Assembly (NCBI GenBank): GCA_001275005.1
Contig: JWZX01002790.1
Span: 1 to 33,746 of the forward strand
Direction: 5' to 3'
From: Chrysochromulina tobinii
Taxonomy: Eukaryota
Length of the DNA: 33,746 bases
Part shown: positions 1 to 9,324 of the stretch, one piece after another
How positions within the stretch are numbered: the first letter of the stretch is position 1
How the letters are laid out: each line of letters opens with the position of its first letter
Notes under the pieces: generated by a model
The model's database searches: none
Told to the model about the DNA's origin: nothing
What the model saw: the letters and a program-made list of their open reading frames with translations, nothing else
Translations under genes and position numbers: made by a program

Positions 1-2165
1 GGAGAGGGGGGGTCGGTGGATGGGGGCGGGCTAGAAGCGGTCCACAGAGGCTCTCGAGGTGCGAACGGTAGTACTGCACGGGCGGCAGGCGAGAGTGACC
101 AGGGCGGAGGAGTCAGTTGGCCCATTGAACTGACCATGCCCCCAGCGCCGGTGCCGGCACACGTGCTCGTGCTCGCAGAAGGCGAGAGGCACGCCTCGAT
201 GCACGGGCGGGCGGGTCTCGCGGGGCGCCATGGCCGGAGTTCGACCGATGGGGTGAGGCTCGCGGGGAGAACCATCGCTGCGGCCCAGTCTCTGTGAATG
301 TGAACCGAACTGTGAATGTGAACCATCGCTGCGTCCCAGTCTCCCTCATTTGTCGAGCGCGCTAGCCTCTCGGCGACGGACGCGTCGGGCGAAGGCGAGT
401 CCTCTAGCCGCCGCTGTGGCGAGGGGTGAGGCGTCCTGTCTCGCGGGCTATGCTGGGCCGTGCGTGAGCCCGAGGAGACGCCCGAGGGGCTGCGTGGTGG
501 CGAGCTGGGTGTGAACGAGCGTTCACGAAGGGGCGAGCTCGGTGTGAACGGGAAGCTGGGCGTGAACGGGAAGCCGACCTCTTCCCTAAGTCTCACCGAG
601 TCTTCGAGCGACAGAGGGTTCGGCGAGGTTTCAATCTGGATGGAGAGCGGCCGACTGAGGGGCCGAATGAAGTGGCTTCGGGATGGCAGCAGCGGCACGC
701 GAGGCGAGGGTGGCGTGTAGGAGCGCGCGTCCGTTGGCGGCGTGTACAGCGCCTTGCGATCGACGAGGCTCGGCACGAACGGGCGGTCCGGTACCGGTAC
801 GATCATGAGTGGGCGCGAGAGTGGAGAGGGCGAGGTGGAGAGGCGTGTTGGTGGCTCATTCGGAGCCCGAGGCTGCGGCGGCGACAGCGGACGCGGCTCA
901 AAGTGACCTCGGAGCTCTGGCGGCAGCCCGATGAGGAGCCGGACGACCCCGGGCGGCGACCAAGGCGGCTTTGGGTCTTCGCCCTCGGGGCTCGTCGTCG
1001 GCGGCGGCAGCGGCGGCATCGGGCCGTCAAAGGGCGGGAAATGGTCGCCAAGCTCGGGCGAAGGATCCTTCCAAGGCGGTCGCTGGTCCTTCTCGGCATT
1101 GAGTCGCGCCCTCAGTTCGCGAGCGGACTCTCCGCGGAAGCCTCCGCCGCTGTCGAACAATCTCGAGGCCGTCAGGCGTGAGCTCGCACTCGGAGATTTC
1201 TCACGCGCCGGCGCGCCCGGTGATCCCGAGCGAGCCGGCGAAGAGCTCGCGCCTCGCTTGGATCGCTTGGCGCCTCGCTTGGAACCTGGGCGCGCGGGCG
1301 TACTCCCGTCCGCGTCCCCGCTGTCAGCCGGTTCTGGCTCGGGCTCGACTGATTTGATGTAAAACAGAGGCGCGGCCGCGGGGCTGTTTGGCCACCCCGA
1401 GGCACTTCGGGTCGCAAGTGGCCGGTCGTGGTGAAAGAACTGCCTGACCCGCGGCGGGCTGCCCGTCGAGATCCTAGCGAGTAACGTCCGAAGGAAGTCC
1501 GCGTACTCGCCGCTGTCGATGTTGGGGGTCCACACGTCGGCCATCTCGAAGATGCAGTCCATGAAGGCCTTGCGATCGAGCCCGCTCGCGCCCGAAGGGC
1601 AGTCGTCGGTCCACGACTCCTCGCCGCACTTTCGGGCATCCTTGTCGTCGTAATCACCCTCGACGAGCGCCCGGTACAGACTCCTTTGAAGGTCGATGTA
1701 AGGACCCTTTTGCAGCTCCTGCACGGGAGCGCTCGCACTGATGTACGATTTGCAGATCACCGCCCACCACCTCTCGAGCTCCGCCTCGACGGCAGGATGC
1801 ACACGCAGCAGCAGCCGCGCCTCCCACGCGCTCACCGTCTGCAGATTGGTGTCGCCTTGCAGGATGTATGAACTCGAGGAGTCACCGACTGGCTTGAGAT
1901 GCATGCCGGCGTTTTGCCGCGCTCTCTCTCGAAGCTCCCGCTCCGCAATCCCTTCCATGTGGGGGTCTCGGTGCTCAGTTGTCTGTCCCGGAGCCCTCAT
2001 GTCTGAGAGGGCCCACTTGTCTTTACCCGGAGGGTTGAAGAACAACATCGCCGCACGGCGCTTGAGTCGGACCATCTGGATCGCCTTGCGGAGAGAGAAG
2101 CGCGCGTTCTTGAATCCGCTTTTCGGCACGGGATGCTCTCGCACGTGAGGTGGCTCCGCGATCAT
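1..2165 (-). CDS. Hypothetical protein with a conserved EF-hand-like domain of unknown function followed by a long Pro/Ser-rich disordered tail; 3' partial (runs off the window)
   Basis: Manual translation of the minus frame starting at ATG 2165 (in-frame TGA just upstream) gives MIAEPPH...QGDTNLQTVSAWEARLLLRVHPAVEAELERWW...YIDLQRSLYRALV...DARKCGEESWTDDC...LDRKAFMDCIFEMADVWTPNIDSGEYADFLRTLLARI, then a PxSP-rich tail. It is absent from the ORF track, consistent with no stop before base 1. Confidence 0.8.
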   Translation of the reverse strand, partial: MIAEPPHVREHPVPKSGFKNARFSLRKAIQMVRLKRRAAMLFFNPPGKDKWALSDMRAPGQTTEHRDPHMEGIAERELRERARQNAGMHLKPVGDSSSSYILQGDTNLQTVSAWEARLLLRVHPAVEAELERWWAVICKSYISASAPVQELQKGPYIDLQRSLYRALVEGDYDDKDARKCGEESWTDDCPSGASGLDRKAFMDCIFEMADVWTPNIDSGEYADFLRTLLARISTGSPPRVRQFFHHDRPLATRSASGWPNSPAAAPLFYIKSVEPEPEPADSGDADGSTPARPGSKRGAKRSKRGASSSPARSGSPGAPAREKSPSASSRLTASRLFDSGGGFRGESARELRARLNAEKDQRPPWKDPSPELGDHFPPFDGPMPPLPPPTTSPEGEDPKPPWSPPGVVRLLIGLPPELRGHFEPRPLSPPQPRAPNEPPTRLSTSPSPLSRPLMIVPVPDRPFVPSLVDRKALYTPPTDARSYTPPSPRVPLLPSRSHFIRPLSRPLSIQIETSPNPLSLEDSVRLREEVGFPFTPSFPFTPSSPLRERSFTPSSPPRSPSGVSSGSRTAQHSPRDRTPHPSPQRRLEDSPSPDASVAERLARSTNEGDWDAAMVHIHSSVHIHRDWAAAMVLPASLTPSVELRPWRPARPARPCIEACLSPSASTSTCAGTGAGGMVSSMGQLTPPPWSLSPAARAVLPFAPREPLWTASSPPPSTDPPS

Positions 2166-2387
2166 TGCGGCTGATCTTGGAGGCGAGAGTCTCGTAGGAA
2201 TTCAGCGCAGCATTTCTGTTTCGAGGCGCTGCTTTCTGTTTCACCTGAGAGACGATCCGAACTTGACTTTAATTGCATGCGCAGCGAACAACTCGACCTG
2301 GCTCCTGGGGTCAGTTACGGTACCCGGTCCAACAGCTACAACACTCCCCACATATCGCGCGGTTGGAAATAAAATAGGTTCACGTGT

Positions 2388-2873
2388 TTACGTGTACACT
2401 GTCTGCATGGTGCCTGTACATGGGAACGCCGGATTCCTGGGTTGCGCCGCGCAGACGCAGAGCGCGTCGTGCTGCATCAGGTTGGCACAGACGGCCGCAA
2501 CGGCCGTCTCGAGGCGGTGGGCCCAGGGCACAAAGGACGCGAAGCGCAGGCGGACGGCCTGCTCGGCGGCGGCAACCAGAGAGCTCTCATTGCGAATATC
2601 GAAATTGTACACATATGGCGGGCCGAGTGACGCAAGGGGACGGTGCTGGGGCAGACCGAAGGGGGCATATGCATGCCTTGGGGCCTGGCCGGGCGGCTCG
2701 AGGTCAGCATGCCTGGCCGGGCGGCCAAGGTCAGCCTTGGCAAAGTACCTGCGTTGTACCTTGAAAGCTGAGGAGGGTAATAGGCACGGCTTGCCAGGCC
2801 CCCCACAGCTGCTCTGCTTGCGAAGAGTTTGGAGCTGTTCCGCTTCAATCTCGTCCGAATAGACAATAGGCAC
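2388..2873 (-). CDS. MGAT5: GT18/MGAT5-like glycosyltransferase, exon 2
   Basis: CAG acceptor ends at 2874 with a phase-0 join (NPI|VPIVY). PQHRPLASLGPPYVYNFDIRNESSL resembles MGAT5 SQHPY...GRPHVWTVDLNN. Confidence 0.75.
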   Translation of the reverse strand: MPIVYSDEIEAEQLQTLRKQSSCGGPGKPCLLPSSAFKVQRRYFAKADLGRPARHADLEPPGQAPRHAYAPFGLPQHRPLASLGPPYVYNFDIRNESSLVAAAEQAVRLRFASFVPWAHRLETAVAAVCANLMQHDALCVCAAQPRNPAFPCTGTMQTVYT

Positions 2874-3181
2874 CTGCCAGGTCGAAAGCGGGGCCGTGCA
2901 CACTCAAGATTCAGTCAAGATTCAGTCAAGAGCCACATGTGTAACATGTGAGCACGCGCGCACGAAGTGTGGCCCACAGCTGGCTTCAAGCTGGGAGGTG
3001 TGTGCATGATATGTGCATGATATGTGCATGAGGGTTACATGAGGGTGAAGGGGGGGTTCCATGAGGGTGAAGGGGGGATGCAGGGAGCTCTCCACCACAA
3101 GGCAGAGTGTAACCCAAGGGATACCCAAGGGAGGCAACTCCGCCACGATGCGGTGCGGTGCGGATGGCGTGAGTAGCGCAC
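2874..3181 (-). other. Spliceosomal intron (308 nt, GT-AG) with internal short tandem repeats
   Basis: GTGCGC...GGCAG; removal joins two GT18 segments in frame. It contains ATGTGCATGAT, CATGAGGGTGAAGGGGGG, ACCCAAGGG and TCAAGATTCAG repeats. Confidence 0.75.
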
Positions 3182-4012
3182 GATCGGATTGAGGAAGGCC
3201 GCCCCATTGGCCAGGGCCTCGAGAGCTGAGGGGCCGTCAGGGGGCGCCCCAACGCCAATGACGAAGGCCATCTGCCTCATGAGCTTGGCAAATTCGGGTG
3301 GCGTGAGGATCCCATGTTGGACACGCCTTCCGAACGGCCTCGAGCTGAACATGAGGGTCTTCGTGCAGCTGTGTGAGACGTGAACTTCGAAGCCTGCCAA
3401 GTTGAGAGCCGCGAGCATATTCGACACTCCATGGCCTGCCATGTAGTCGCACTGCTTGCCAAGAAGAAAGCCCGCACGAGGGCGAGCGGTCGTCGTCGAG
3501 ATGGGCGGCAGCGTGATGAGAGAATGCGGAAAGATGGGCACTGGCGTATTGATGCTGGCAATGTATGGCGTGAGGATGCTGCGTTCATCAAAACCGAGCC
3601 GGGGTGCGAGGAGCGGGTTGAGATGCACTGGCCAGTAGTAGAAAAATCTTGTACGGCACAAGATGCTGCTGTCTTTCAGCGCAGGGATTTGCACAAGAGG
3701 CTTGATCACGCCGCCGCGGCGTTCGGTGAGGAGCATGTGGGTATCCACGGCGTCAATGATGATACGGTGATAGCCCGGTAGCTGACGGTCGGCATCAGAC
3801 GGATATGATTCCTTGTACATGCGGACCGTCCTGTTGAAGATGTGTCTGAGCACGTAGTCGACGCCGGCTCCCCAATACGCCTCACCGCCGTTATAGCCTG
3901 AACCACTTTGGTACGACTCCCAAGAGCTAAATCGCGAGCCGAAGAAGGCCACTGTGCCATCGCCCGCGCCGAGGGGTAGCCCACACTGCATGTGATCTCG
4001 AGGAACCGACAT
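3182..4012 (-). CDS. MGAT5: Glycosyltransferase family 18 (MGAT5/GnT-V-like), exon 1; start uncertain
   Basis: HGILTPPEFAKLMRQMAFVIGVGAPPDGPSALEALANGAAFLNP matches the MGAT5 GIL...FVGLGFPYEGPAPLEAIANGCAFLNP motif. GEAYW aligns with GELVQW. A GTGCGC donor follows at 3181. Confidence 0.75.
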
Positions 4013-4159
4013 TTCACGAAACACAGATGCTCATTCGAAAGGGTTCACGGAATGAGCTCGCTCCGTGTGACGTAACGCAGCGCACACAAATGCATGCAGC
4101 TTTGCGAAACTGCGGTCGCTTGTGCAGATCTGTGACGCTCACAAACCCACTCACACGCG

Positions 4160-5827
4160 ATTCCGCCAGCGAAGCGCAAGGCCAAGGCGGCCTACATCGC
4201 CCCCTCAAGCACTCCTAGCATCGCTGCCGTCGAGATTCTTCTCTCGCGCTGCACCCGCTCCACACTGGAGGCAATCTTGGTCGAGGCAGTCAGCACTGGC
4301 CGAGTGACACTCGAGCGCATCCAGGCAGCGCTTCCGGAGAACAAGCAGACGGCGATCATCCAGCGCCCGCAGATCTGCCAAGGCCGGGTCCGGGAAGGTA
4401 CCGGATACTTCGACGAGCTCGATGATGAGCTGCTCCACAAGATCCTCTCCAACGTCAAGTCGACCGCGACGATGCTCACCTGTGCGCTCGCTGTGTGCAA
4501 GGCGTGGCGTGACTCACTCAAGAGCTCGGCGCTCTTCTCGCGCATCGGTCTTTGGACCAGCCGATACGGGTCGGGGAGCGCAACCGATGGCGTGCACATC
4601 TCGTCGGGGAACGTTCTGCGCCTTGTCGACTGGCTGCCTGATGTGACGGCGGTGCACACGCTCGCCCTCGACACCGGAGACAAACACATCTCTCTCGACC
4701 CGAATGTGGTCAAGAAGGCTCTGTCTCGCTTCACGGGCCTCACCTCCCTCTCGCTGAACGGCAAAAAGATCTCGGCCGCCGTGCTCGCAGCCGTCGCAAA
4801 GCAGCCCTATGTCGCCAATCTCGCCAGTTTCGAGCTCGGCGGCGGATGCGCGGCGAAAGCCACCGCCGCCCTGCCGCTTCTGAGCCTGGCATCGCGGCTC
4901 GAGACGCTTCAGATCGACAACGAATCTGCAACCTTCGTCCTGCGCAGCCTCGCCAACGCTTGGCGCGAGAAACGTGGTGGAGCTGCTCAGCCGCTCCTTC
5001 GCTCTCTCAAGTTCGTGGGCTGGAGCTCGATGAGCAAATCCATCTGTCCCAAACTCTTCTGCGAGCTGTCCGAGCTCTTCCCCGAGCTCGAAGAGCTCCA
5101 CACGGCCTTTTCTCTCAGCTCTACATGCCTCTCGGTAACCAGCGCACATGCCGCCCGCCCGTGCCTGCGTCTGCGTCGCCTGTGCCTTGACTCGCTCGTC
5201 TGCGTCTATGGCTCTGTGCACCTGAGCACTACCGCGTGCGGCAATGTGCTGCGCACCATCTTCGCGGCCGCTGCGAATGTCGAGGTGCTGACCATCCGCC
5301 ATGGCGTGATGTACGTGAGCGGGAAGGATCGCAAGCAAGGCAAGCGTATCGCCCCGTTTCCCGGGGTCGACGGTGCCCTCTCCGAGCTACCAGCTTCGCT
5401 CATCTCCTTCACACTCTCCCAGATCAGCCTCCTGAGCACCGATCTCGATCTGCATCCCGGGCTGCCAAAGCTCAAGCACCTGTGCTTCGGCCAGGCGTGC
5501 GGCGACGGCGGCCTCGAGCTCGCGCTGGAGCTCGCAGCCGACGCGGCCAAGTGTCCGAAGCTCACGCGCGCTGGTATCTTCGTCGACGCACAAGGCCTGA
5601 GCACGACGACGTTGCTTGCGGCGGGCCTCACGGACGAGGAAGCACGGACGAGACAATCAGGAGGATATCTTCCGATCTGTCTCGACCCAGCGGTGCGTAT
5701 GCGCCGAGCCGAGCAGGCCGTGGCTGCGCAGAAGGCGCGGCAGCCAGTGTGCTCGGGAGAGTCAGAGGACGAGTCGCACATGGACGAAGATAAGGACGAG
5801 GAGGCTGGCTCGCCACGAGAGGACTGA
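4160..5827 (+). CDS. F-box protein with degenerate LRR (RNI-like) region; start codon uncertain
   Basis: F-box motif FDELDDELLHKILSNV...LAVCKAWRDSL, LxxLxL repeats (LTSLSLNG, LETLQID, LEELH, LKHLCF) and an acidic tail. The frame is open from 4136 and reads IPPAKRKAKAAY from the ATT at 4160. Confidence 0.75.
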   Translation: MPPAKRKAKAAYIAPSSTPSIAAVEILLSRCTRSTLEAILVEAVSTGRVTLERIQAALPENKQTAIIQRPQICQGRVREGTGYFDELDDELLHKILSNVKSTATMLTCALAVCKAWRDSLKSSALFSRIGLWTSRYGSGSATDGVHISSGNVLRLVDWLPDVTAVHTLALDTGDKHISLDPNVVKKALSRFTGLTSLSLNGKKISAAVLAAVAKQPYVANLASFELGGGCAAKATAALPLLSLASRLETLQIDNESATFVLRSLANAWREKRGGAAQPLLRSLKFVGWSSMSKSICPKLFCELSELFPELEELHTAFSLSSTCLSVTSAHAARPCLRLRRLCLDSLVCVYGSVHLSTTACGNVLRTIFAAAANVEVLTIRHGVMYVSGKDRKQGKRIAPFPGVDGALSELPASLISFTLSQISLLSTDLDLHPGLPKLKHLCFGQACGDGGLELALELAADAAKCPKLTRAGIFVDAQGLSTTTLLAAGLTDEEARTRQSGGYLPICLDPAVRMRRAEQAVAAQKARQPVCSGESEDESHMDEDKDEEAGSPRED

Positions 5828-6474
5828 CCTCCGAGGCCGGGGGAGCCGATAACGAGAAGAAGAAGGCCCCTGCTGTGCTGAATCCGTAGATTCCTACGGA
5901 GGAGATACGGAGGAGATGCGTCCGTAGGCCAAGGTGCCTGAGGGCCCTCCGCTCACTCGGAGGAGGACGCGGTGCACGGACGGACGGTGTGGTCGATGCA
6001 GCGGTGTGTGTGGTGGGACGCAGTGGGGGATCTTCAAGTGCAAAATGGAACTGCGCGAATCTGCCGTGAAGTGAGAGCGAGAAGGCGCGCGCAAAAGATA
6101 GCTGCTGGCTCCCCTGGCTGTTTGTCGCCGTGTGGCCGGATGTCGTACGTTTGTGCAGTTTGTGTACGCGTCCGCTTGGCGCTTGGTACAAAACGAACAA
6201 ACTGTGTTCTTAAGCCGGAGCTGGAGCTCCGAGGGACCTCTCTAAGTCTTTCCTCTCGACCGGCAGCTCGGTGACCGGTCTGGCGTCTGGCGGTGCGGTG
6301 TAGTATCATCAAACTAACTGGGCGATCAGACCGTGGTCCTCAAATGTAACACGCCAATTCAAATGTACAGTTCGCCAACTAGCAGTTGAACTCCGGAACA
6401 GCTCCGCGGTGAAGCACATATCATTCGCGGCACAGCAGAGCTGACTTCATGAGAACACCGCCCTTTGGCGCTTT

Positions 6475-7161
6475 CTACTTCGACCTCGTCGTCCTCGTCG
6501 TACCCTCGTCGTTGTCCTGCTCAGCCAGGTCAGCCTCTGGTTCATGCTGGCCTTCCTTGGAGGAGTGACGGTCCTCGAGAAAGCCTACCTTCCGCCTGCT
6601 GTGAACCGGGGGCTGAGCTTCTCTCGGCATCCATTGAAGCACTTCCTCACGCGCGTTCCGTAGATCTATTTGCATCTTTCGTTGCGCGTCTGCTGCTAAG
6701 CGCTCATGTTCTTCGCGAAGTGCCCTTTCCTTTGCTGCTCCAGCGGCAGCCTTTTCTGCTGCGGCGCGCTTCAACGCTGCTCGTCGTTCACCCGCCGCTT
6801 CACGTTCAGCGAGCTTAGCACGCTGGGTTACTGTGACATATTTCGGCGCCTCTTCCCAGCCAGGTGGCTGCTTCTCGAAGAACCTGTCGAGCTTCGCGAG
6901 GGCCAGTCCTGGCTGGTGGCACCGCGGGGATACGCGAAAGCCAAAATCGCCGCCGCCGGTCCGCGGATCCACAGCAGTCTCGGCGCATGAACGGCCGGTA
7001 CCGAACCATGACGCTTCACGCCGGCCGTCGCGCCGCGGTAAGCGTGCGGTCATTGGGTGCACCCGTGAAGGAGACGCCCAAAACAGCTTGCGATCCGATT
7101 TCAATTCCATGCGCGAGAGACCTTCTTGGTCGACATTGACGTTCATCTTGGTCACCAGCAT
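6475..7161 (-). CDS. Hypothetical protein with an Ala/Glu/Arg coiled-coil
   Basis: ORF from ATG 7161 with coding-like composition and a helical [23 protein letters not shown] segment; no family recognised. Confidence 0.6.
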   Translation of the reverse strand: MLVTKMNVNVDQEGLSRMELKSDRKLFWASPSRVHPMTARLPRRDGRREASWFGTGRSCAETAVDPRTGGGDFGFRVSPRCHQPGLALAKLDRFFEKQPPGWEEAPKYVTVTQRAKLAEREAAGERRAALKRAAAEKAAAGAAKERALREEHERLAADAQRKMQIDLRNAREEVLQWMPREAQPPVHSRRKVGFLEDRHSSKEGQHEPEADLAEQDNDEGTTRTTRSK

Positions 7162-7521
7162 TTTCCAACAAAAGGAGAGACTGTCAAGACTGCAGGCGAA
7201 CAAACAGAAACGGAAAAATTATGCATGCGGCCAGCAATGCATTGTACTTGACGGGACGAACACCGTCCGATCTGACAAATCTGAGCGAGAATTTGTTCAG
7301 TCTAATGTGAAACGTGTGGTGTGCGGATTGCGTTGTACGTGTTGGTGTGTTGTGAATGGGCTGTTTCTAAGCTCTCCGCCTGCATGTGTCTCATTTTGAG
7401 AGTCCTGTATTGCTGCTCAATTGGTGCCGTTCACGTGTTGAGTGATTCATAATGAATGAATTCATTATGAAACGGTAATGAAGAAGTCGCAGCCCATGGC
7501 AGGCATTCGGGCGTCCTGTGG

Positions 7522-8469
7522 ATGTCGGGCGGATACGCTGATCGGCTGAAGCACTACCCCAACAAGGGCGTGTGTGGGCTGCCGGAGAGGTTGGACAATG
7601 ACCGCACGCTCCGGACGAAGCTCGAGGCTCTTGTGAAGCGCGTGCGGGAGGCTAAACACCTTGTGGTGTTCACGGGCGCAGGCATCTCGACGGCGGCGGG
7701 CATCCCGGATTTTCGTGGACCTTCGGGGATTTGGACGAAGCAGCAAGCCAAAGATAAGGAAGCGAAGCAGCAGGCCAAGGCAAAGGTCTCTGCGAATCGC
7801 AGTGCAAAGAAGCGCGGCCGAGAGGAGGAGCTGGAGGCGGCAGTGGTGGGAGCTGCGGACATCGCGAGCGAAGTGAAGTCGGAGTCGGACGCGGGCGGCA
7901 GCGCGAGCGGGACGGCGCAGGGAGCCATCGACTTTTCTTCCGCGCAGCCCACGTACACGCATCGCGCGCTCGTGGAGCTCTCGAAGCGCGGCCACCTTAA
8001 GTTCCTCGTGACCCAAAACGTGGATGGCCTCGACCAGCGCGCAGGTCACCCTCGGGACAAGATGGCGGTACTGCACGGGTGCATCTTCGAGGAGAAGTGC
8101 GCAAAGTGCGGCCACATCCAGCTGCGCGACACGCCCGTCGATACCATCTCCTTCAAGCCCACGGGCAGCCGCTGTCCCCAATGCGCTGGAGTCATGCGCG
8201 ACACTCTACTGGATTGGGAGGACCCTTTGCCTGAGGACGAGCTGGCTCTCTCCGAGGCGCACTGCGAGCAGTCAGACCTGGTGCTCGCGCTGGGCACGTC
8301 GCTGCGCATCGAGCCTGCTGGCTCGTTGCCGTGCCTCGCCAAGAGCTTCATTCTCGTCAACCTGCAGCAGACGCCTAAGGACAACCAGGCAAGCCTCATC
8401 GTGCGCGCACCGGTGGACATGGTGATGCGAGCGGTGATGAGTGATGGCTTCGGTATCGGCAACTTCTGA
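7522..8469 (+). CDS. SIRT6: NAD-dependent deacetylase sirtuin, class IV (SIRT6-like)
   Basis: SIRT6-type N-terminus (YADRLKHYPNKGVCGLPE), GAGISTAAGIPDFRGPSGIWT, TQNVDGL, catalytic HG, Zn ligands CAKC/CPQC, RDTLLDWEDPLP, GTSLRIEP and VNLQQT. Confidence 0.93.
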   Translation: MSGGYADRLKHYPNKGVCGLPERLDNDRTLRTKLEALVKRVREAKHLVVFTGAGISTAAGIPDFRGPSGIWTKQQAKDKEAKQQAKAKVSANRSAKKRGREEELEAAVVGAADIASEVKSESDAGGSASGTAQGAIDFSSAQPTYTHRALVELSKRGHLKFLVTQNVDGLDQRAGHPRDKMAVLHGCIFEEKCAKCGHIQLRDTPVDTISFKPTGSRCPQCAGVMRDTLLDWEDPLPEDELALSEAHCEQSDLVLALGTSLRIEPAGSLPCLAKSFILVNLQQTPKDNQASLIVRAPVDMVMRAVMSDGFGIGNF

Positions 8470-9324
8470 GTACTGGAGGCTGCGGCCATGATTGGCTGGG
8501 GAGCAAGACTGGTAGTGTGAAGTAAGGAGAGGGGTGTTGTCGTTTCTCCAAGCCGAGAGTGCGAGAGCGTGCCGGCAGGCCGGCGAGTTTGGAGTTATAA
8601 GAGCGAGCATGCGTTCGGTCGGGTTAGATGCGAATAGCCGCTCCAGCGGCAGCGCCAGCAGCGTGCCTCCACGCTCGGCTCGACGGCCGGCGGCCGGGCC
8701 AAGCGTCGGGAAAAGTTCAATAATCTTCAAAGCGTTAGCTACGAGACGGTAACGCCATCGGCCACGTGAAGAATCAAGAATGCGCACACGAATCAGGAAT
8801 CACCTTCGCGGCACCTCCAGTCCGGTCCCACACGGCCACACAGCTGACAGCACATTCCACAACAGCTGTACCTGTACACGGGCACGGCCGTGGCGAACGT
8901 CGCGACGGGCTCTGACGTGAAGCCTGGACGGGAGAACGCGGCGGGGTCCCAACACAGCGCACACGCAAAGGCCAAAGCTGCTCAGTTACTGCTCACTCTG
9001 CGCACAGTCACTCCCATCTCAGGCGAAGCAGCAAGCTCTCATGCGCTGCTGGCGTGACGGTCGACCTCTCATGATGCGGCCTCCAAGAGCAGACTCATTG
9101 GCCTCCGTCATTGGCCTCCGAGAGCCCCACGCCATGCTCCGTCGCCCCTCGCCGATGACAGCACGCAGCCCCGCCCGCCACAACTCGCCACATCAACCCG
9201 ATCTGCCCCGCCAGACCCCCGCATGGACATAAGGAGGCCACCAAACATCCCGGCTCCCAATTCCAAGCGCGTGCCGCCGACAGCGCCCGACGTCTTCATT
9301 GGGTCGCACGCTCCCTCGGACTCC

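Noticed and set aside
5815..5890. Coding-like GLTSEAGGADNEKKKAPAVLNP* in a shifted frame after the F-box stop
   Set aside because: It could indicate a 1-nt indel, but it is too short to distinguish from chance.
6295..6312. GTGTAGTATC resembling the U2 snRNA branch-point-binding sequence
   Set aside because: The flanking U2 conserved sequences (CTAAGATCAA, TGTTC) are absent, so this is probably a chance match.
8470..9320. Possible small gene between the sirtuin and ADGB-like genes
   Set aside because: The candidate ORFs lack a convincing ATG, motif or codon bias; the region is more likely convergent 3' UTRs.
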